Source: the human T2T-CHM13v2.0 reference genome, Homo sapiens. From it: DNA of 64,000 bases. How positions within the stretch are numbered: position 1 is the stretch's first letter; every line of letters starts with the position of its first letter. The DNA is taken from NCBI RefSeq assembly GCF_009914755.1, contig NC_060937.1; one strand, written 5' to 3'. Below the pieces are notes generated by a model that saw only the letters and a list, made by a program, of their open reading frames with translations, searched no databases and was not told the DNA's origin. The position numbers were made by a program, and so were the translations under genes. Below are positions 57,401 through 64,000 of the stretch, piece by piece.

Positions 57401-60400
57401 CTGTACATGAAATATCAAAGTTCACAAACTATATATTATATACTGTATATAAAATATCAAAGTACCCAAGGTATATATTCTATACTGTACAAAAAATATC
57501 AAAGTACCCAAAGCATGTATTATATACTGTTTATAAAATATGAAAGTACATCAAATATATATTTTATTCTGTACATAAAATATCAAATTGCACCAAATAT
57601 ATATTCTATAGTGTACATTAAATATCAAACTACCCAAACTGTACATTATATACTGTACATAAAATATGAAATTACATCAATTATATATTATATTAGGTAC
57701 ATAAAATATGAAAGTACATCAAATATATATTATATACTGTACATAAAATACCAAAGTACCCCAAATATATATTATATACTGTACATGAAATATCAAAGTT
57801 CACAAACTATATATTATATACTGTACATAAAATATCAAAGTACCAAAGGTATATATTCTATACTGTACAAAAAATATCAAAGTACCCAAAGCATGTATTA
57901 TATACTGTACATAAAATACGAAAGTACATCAAATATATATTTTATTCTGTACATAAAATATCAAAGTACACCAAATATATATTCTATAGTTTACATAAAA
58001 TATAAAAGTACCCAAACTATACATTATATACTGTACATAAAATATGAAATTACATCAAATATATATTATATTAGGTACATAAAATATGAAATTACATCAA
58101 ATATATATTACATTAGGTACATAAAATGTGAAAGTACATCAAATATAGATTATATACTGTACATAAAATACCAAAGTACCCCAAATACATATTATATACT
58201 GTACATGAAATATCAAAGTTCACAAACTATATATTATATACTGTACATAAAATATCAAAGTACCCAAGGTATATATTCTATACTGTACAAAAATATCAAA
58301 GTATGCAAAGCATGTATTATATACTGTACATAAAATATGAAATTACATCAAATATATATTATATTAGGTACATAAAATATGAAAGTACATCAAATATATA
58401 TTATATACTGTACATAAAATACCAAAGTACCCCAAATACATATTATATGCTGTACATTAAATATCAAAGTTCACAAACTATATATTATATACTGTACATA
58501 AAATATCAAAGTACCGAAGAGATATATTCTATACTGTACAAAAAATATCAAAGTACCCAAAGCATGTATTATATACTGTACATAAAATATGAAAGTACAT
58601 CAAATATATATTTTATTCTCTACATAAAATATCAAAGTACACCAAATATATATTCTATAGTGTACATAAAATATCAAATTACCCAAAGTATACATTATAT
58701 ACTGTACATAAAATATGAAATTACATCAAATATATATTATATTAGGTACATAAAATATGAAAGTACATCAAATATTGATTATACACTGTACATAAAATAC
58801 CAAAGAACCCCAAATATATATTATATACTGTACATGAAATATCAAAGTTCACAAACTATATATTATATAATGTACATAAAATATCAAAGTACCCAAGGTA
58901 TATATTCTATACTGTACAAAAAATATCAAAGTACCCAAAGCATGTATTATATAGTGTATATAAAATATGAAAGTACATCAAATATATATTTAATTCTGTA
59001 CATAAAATATCAAAGTACACCAAATATATATTCTATACTGTACATAAAATATCAAAGTACCCAAACTATACATTATATACTGTAGATAAAATATGAAATT
59101 ACATCAAATATATATTATATTAGGTACATAAAATTTGAAAGTACATCAAATATAGATTATACACTGTATATAAAATACCAAAGAACCCCAAATATATATT
59201 ATATACTGTACATGAAATATCAAAGTTCACAAACTATATATTATATACTGTACATAAAATATCAAAGTACACATGGCATATATTCTATACTGTACAAAAA
59301 ATATCAAAGTACCCAAAGCATGTATTATATACTGTATATAAAATATGAAAGTACATCACATATATATTTTATTCTGTACATAAAATATCAAAGTACACCA
59401 GATATATATTCTATAGTGTACATAAAATAACAAAGTTCAAAAACTATAAATTATATGCTGTACATAAAATATGAAATTACATCAAATATATATTAGGTAC
59501 ATAAAATATGAATGTACATCAAATATAGATTATATACTGTACATAAAATATCAATGTACCCCAAATATATATTTTATACTCTACATGAAATATGAAAGTT
59601 CACAAACTATATATTATATACTGTACATAAAATATCAAAGTACCCAAGGTATATATTCTATACTGTACAAAAAATATCAAAGTACCCAAAGCATGTATTA
59701 TATACTGTACATAAAATATGAAACTACATCAAATATATATTTTATTCTGTACATAAAATATCAAAGTACACCAGATATATATTCTATAGTGTACATAGAA
59801 TATCAAAGTACACAAACTATACATTATATACTGTACATAAAATATGAAATTACATCAAATATATATTAGGTACATAAAATATGAAAGTACATCAAATATA
59901 GATTATATACTGTACATAAAATATCAGAGTACCCCAAATATATATTATATACACTACATGAAATATTAAAGTTCACAAACTGTATATTATATACTGTACA
60001 TAAAATATCAAAGTACCCAATGTATATATTCTATACTGTACAAAAAATATCAAAGTAGCCAAAGCATGTATTATATACTGTACATAAAATATGAAAGTAC
60101 ATCAAATATATATTTTATTCTGTACATAAATTATGAAAGTACACCAGGTATATATTCTATAGTGTACATAAAATAACAAAGTACACAATCTATAAATTAT
60201 ATACTGTACATAAAATATGAAATTACATCAAATATATATTAGGTACATAAAATATGAAAGTACATCAAATATAGATTATATACTGTACATAAAATATCAA
60301 TGTACCCCAAATATATATTTTATACTCTACATGAAATATCAAAGTTCACAAACCATATATTAAATACTGTACATAAAATATCAAAGTACCCAAGGTATAT

Positions 60401-63400
60401 ATTCTGTACTATACAAAAAATATCAAAGTACACAAAGCATTTATTATATACTGTACATAAAATATGAAAGTACATCAAATATATATTTTATTCTCTATAT
60501 AAAATATCAAAGTACACCAGATATATATTCTATAGTGTACATAAAATATCAAAGTACCCAAACTATACATTATACACTGTACATAAAATATGAAATTACA
60601 TCAAATATATATTATATTAGGTACATAAAATATGAAAGCACATCAAATATAGATTATATACTGTACATAAAATACCAAAGTACCCCAAATATATATTTTA
60701 TACTGTACATGAAATATCAAAGTTCACAAACTATATATTATATACTGTACATAAAATATCAAAGTACCCAAGGTATATATTCTATACTGTACAAAAAATA
60801 TCAAAGTACCCAAAGCATGTATTATATACTGTACATAAAATATGAAAGTACATCAAATATATATTTAATTCTGTACATAAAATATCAAAGTACACCAGAT
60901 ATATATTCTATAGTGTACATAAAATATCAAAGTACCCAAACTATATATGATATACTGTACATAAAATATGAAATTACATCAAATATATATTATATTAGGT
61001 ACATAAAATATGAAAGTACATCAAATATATATTATATACTGTACATAAAATACCAAAGTACCCCAAATATATATTATATACTGTACATGAAATATCAAAG
61101 TTCACAAACTATATATTATATACTGTATATAAAATATCAAAGTACCCAAGGTATATATTCTATACTGTACAAAAAATATCAAAGTACCCAAAGCATGTAT
61201 TATATACTGTTTATAAAATATGAAAGTACATCAAATATATATTTTATTCTGTACATAAAATATCAAATTGCACCAAATATATATTCTATAGTGTACATTA
61301 AATATCAAACTACCCAAACTGTACATTATATACTGTACATAAAATATGAAATTACATCAATTATATATTATATTAGGTACATAAAATATGAAAGTACATC
61401 AAATATATATTATATACTGTACATAAAATACCAAAGTACCCCAAATATATATTATATACTGTACATGAAATATCAAAGTTCACAAACTATATATTATATA
61501 CTGTACATAAAATATCAAAGTACCAAAGGTATATATTCTATACTGTACAAAAAATATCAAAGTACCCAAAGCATGTATTATATACTGTACATAAAATACG
61601 AAAGTACATCAAATATATATTTTATTCTGTACATAAAATATCAAAGTACACCAAATATATATTCTATAGTTTACATAAAATATAAAAGTACCCAAACTAT
61701 ACATTATATACTGTACATAAAATATGAAATTACATCAAATATATATTATATTAGGTACATAAAATATGAAATTACATCAAATATATATTACATTAGGTAC
61801 ATAAAATGTGAAAGTACATCAAATATAGATTATATACTGTACATAAAATACCAAAGTACCCCAAATACATATTATATACTGTACATGAAATATCAAAGTT
61901 CACAAACTATATATTATATACTGTACATAAAATATCAAAGTACCCAAGGTATATATTCTATACTGTACAAAAATATCAAAGTATGCAAAGCATGTATTAT
62001 ATACTGTACATAAAATATGAAATTACATCAAATATATATTATATTAGGTACATAAAATATGAAAGTACATCAAATATATATTATATACTGTACATAAAAT
62101 ACCAAAGTACCCCAAATACATATTATATGCTGTACATTAAATATCAAAGTTCACAAACTATATATTATATACTGTACATAAAATATCAAAGTACCGAAGA
62201 GATATATTCTATACTGTACAAAAAATATCAAAGTACCCAAAGCATGTATTATATACTGTACATAAAATATGAAAGTACATCAAATATATATTTTATTCTC
62301 TACATAAAATATCAAAGTACACCAAATATATATTCTATAGTGTACATAAAATATCAAATTACCCAAAGTATACATTATATACTGTACATAAAATATGAAA
62401 TTACATCAAATATATATTATATTAGGTACATAAAATATGAAAGTACATCAAATATTGATTATACACTGTACATAAAATACCAAAGAACCCCAAATATATA
62501 TTATATACTGTACATGAAATATCAAAGTTCACAAACTATATATTATATAATGTACATAAAATATCAAAGTACCCAAGGTATATATTCTATACTGTACAAA
62601 AAATATCAAAGTACCCAAAGCATGTATTATATAGTGTATATAAAATATGAAAGTACATCAAATATATATTTAATTCTGTACATAAAATATCAAAGTACAC
62701 CAAATATATATTCTATACTGTACATAAAATATCAAAGTACCCAAACTATACATTATATACTGTAGATAAAATATGAAATTACATCAAATATATATTATAT
62801 TAGGTACATAAAATTTGAAAGTACATCAAATATAGATTATACACTGTATATAAAATACCAAAGAACCCCAAATATATATTATATACTGTACATGAAATAT
62901 CAAAGTTCACAAACTATATATTATATACTGTACATAAAATATCAAAGTACACATGGCATATATTCTATACTGTACAAAAAATATCAAAGTACCCAAAGCA
63001 TGTATTATATACTGTATATAAAATATGAAAGTACATCACATATATATTTTATTCTGTACATAAAATATCAAAGTACACCAGATATATATTCTATAGTGTA
63101 CATAAAATAACAAAGTTCAAAAACTATAAATTATATGCTGTACATAAAATATGAAATTACATCAAATATATATTAGGTACATAAAATATGAATGTACATC
63201 AAATATAGATTATATACTGTACATAAAATATCAATGTACCCCAAATATATATTTTATACTCTACATGAAATATGAAAGTTCACAAACTATATATTATATA
63301 CTGTACATAAAATATCAAAGTACCCAAGGTATATATTCTATACTGTACAAAAAATATCAAAGTACCCAAAGCATGTATTATATACTGTACATAAAATATG

Positions 63401-64000
63401 AAACTACATCAAATATATATTTTATTCTGTACATAAAATATCAAAGTACACCAGATATATATTCTATAGTGTACATAGAATATCAAAGTACACAAACTAT
63501 ACATTATATACTGTACATAAAATATGAAATTACATCAAATATATATTAGGTACATAAAATATGAAAGTACATCAAATATAGATTATATACTGTACATAAA
63601 ATATCAGAGTACCCCAAATATATATTATATACACTACATGAAATATTAAAGTTCACAAACTGTATATTATATACTGTACATAAAATATCAAAGTACCCAA
63701 TGTATATATTCTATACTGTACAAAAAATATCAAAGTAGCCAAAGCATGTATTATATACTGTACATAAAATATGAAAGTACATCAAATATATATTTTATTC
63801 TGTACATAAATTATGAAAGTACACCAGGTATATATTCTATAGTGTACATAAAATAACAAAGTACACAATCTATAAATTATATACTGTACATAAAATATGA
63901 AATTACATCAAATATATATTAGGTACATAAAATATGAAAGTACATCAAATATAGATTATATACTGTACATAAAATATCAATGTACCCCAAATATATATTT
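55536..64000. repeat. Near-perfect 3680-bp tandem repeat, 2.3 copies visible (about 55536, 59216, 62896 to window end)
   Basis: Identical ORFs at offset 3680: 55791/59471/63151, 56855/60535, 58303/61983, 59212/62892. Private variants ACATGGCATA, ATCAGAGT, ACCAGGTA, AAATTGCACC and ACCGAAGAGA recur. Confidence 0.94.

Larger units (their letters stand above)
1..64000. repeat. Human Satellite 1A (HSat1A / SAR)-type tandem array, 42-bp monomer, about 1,500 monomers, single orientation, truncated at both window ends
   Basis: Seen: continuous tandem 42-bp units made of ACATAAAATAT(C/G)AAAGT (17 bp) plus AC(C/A)(C/T)CAAATATA(T/G)ATT(A/T)TAT(A/T)CTGT (25 bp), with GTAC (RsaI) sites at both joints. 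Known: this 17+25-bp structure and a 378-bp 9-mer define classical human satellite 1A, found at pericentromeres of chr3/chr4 and on acrocentric chromosomes. Chromosome and exact species cannot be assigned by eye. Confidence 0.96.

Noticed and set aside
16-63549. Roughly 150 + strand ORFs encoding MKYQSSQTIYYILY-type repeats as real genes
   Set aside because: They arise because the 42-bp monomer is a multiple of 3. Starts and stops follow satellite variants, and there are no non-repetitive domains.
1-64000. CRISPR-like array (conserved TACTGTACATAAAATAT with variable intervening sequence)
   Set aside because: The intervening segments are short homologous variants cycling in fixed order, not unique spacers. 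There are no cas genes and no leader.
1-64000. Alpha satellite / CENP-B boxes, HSat2/3, HSat1B or telomeric repeats
   Set aside because: I saw no 171-bp period, no CENP-B box, no CATTC runs, no Alu-derived segment with a ~2.4-kb unit, and no TTAGGG arrays. TTAGGT occurs only singly in monomer G.
1-64000. TATA boxes, poly(A) signals and short palindromes (TGTACA, TATATA) as regulatory sites or hairpins
   Set aside because: These are expected from the base composition and repeated in nearly every monomer, and none has distinguishing context.
1-64000. Strand inversion or transposon insertion within the array
   Set aside because: Monomer orientation is constant throughout and I saw no non-satellite sequence.

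Overview
All 64 kb is one uninterrupted, single-orientation, very AT-rich satellite array (about 79% AT in the consensus monomer). The 42-bp monomer (e.g. ATAAAATATCAAAGTACCCAAACTATATATTATATACTGTAC) matches human/hominid classical Satellite 1A (HSat1A, SAR), with its alternating 17+25-bp GTAC-delimited halves and 9-monomer 378-bp unit. I see no genes, RNA genes, transposons, CRISPR arrays or inversions, and the ORF track is an artefact of the 42-bp period. The real content is array architecture. Labelling the nine monomers A-I, the window has: (1) a mosaic zone at 1-7.9 kb; (2) a ~32-kb domain of a 587-bp 14-monomer repeat (5-mer AFGHI + 9-mer A'-I'); (3) an abrupt 34-bp hybrid-monomer junction at 40216; (4) a domain of mixed 373/378-bp 9-mers with its own diagnostic variants; and (5) a near-perfect 3680-bp tandem repeat running off the right end. 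Kilobase-scale duplications of whole numbers of units (1172, 1174, 2346, 2626, 3333, 3520, 4107, 4574 bp) overlay these. I found no evidence of a new protein-coding system. Periods come from manual comparison of marker variants and ORF-start offsets, so boundaries are approximate.
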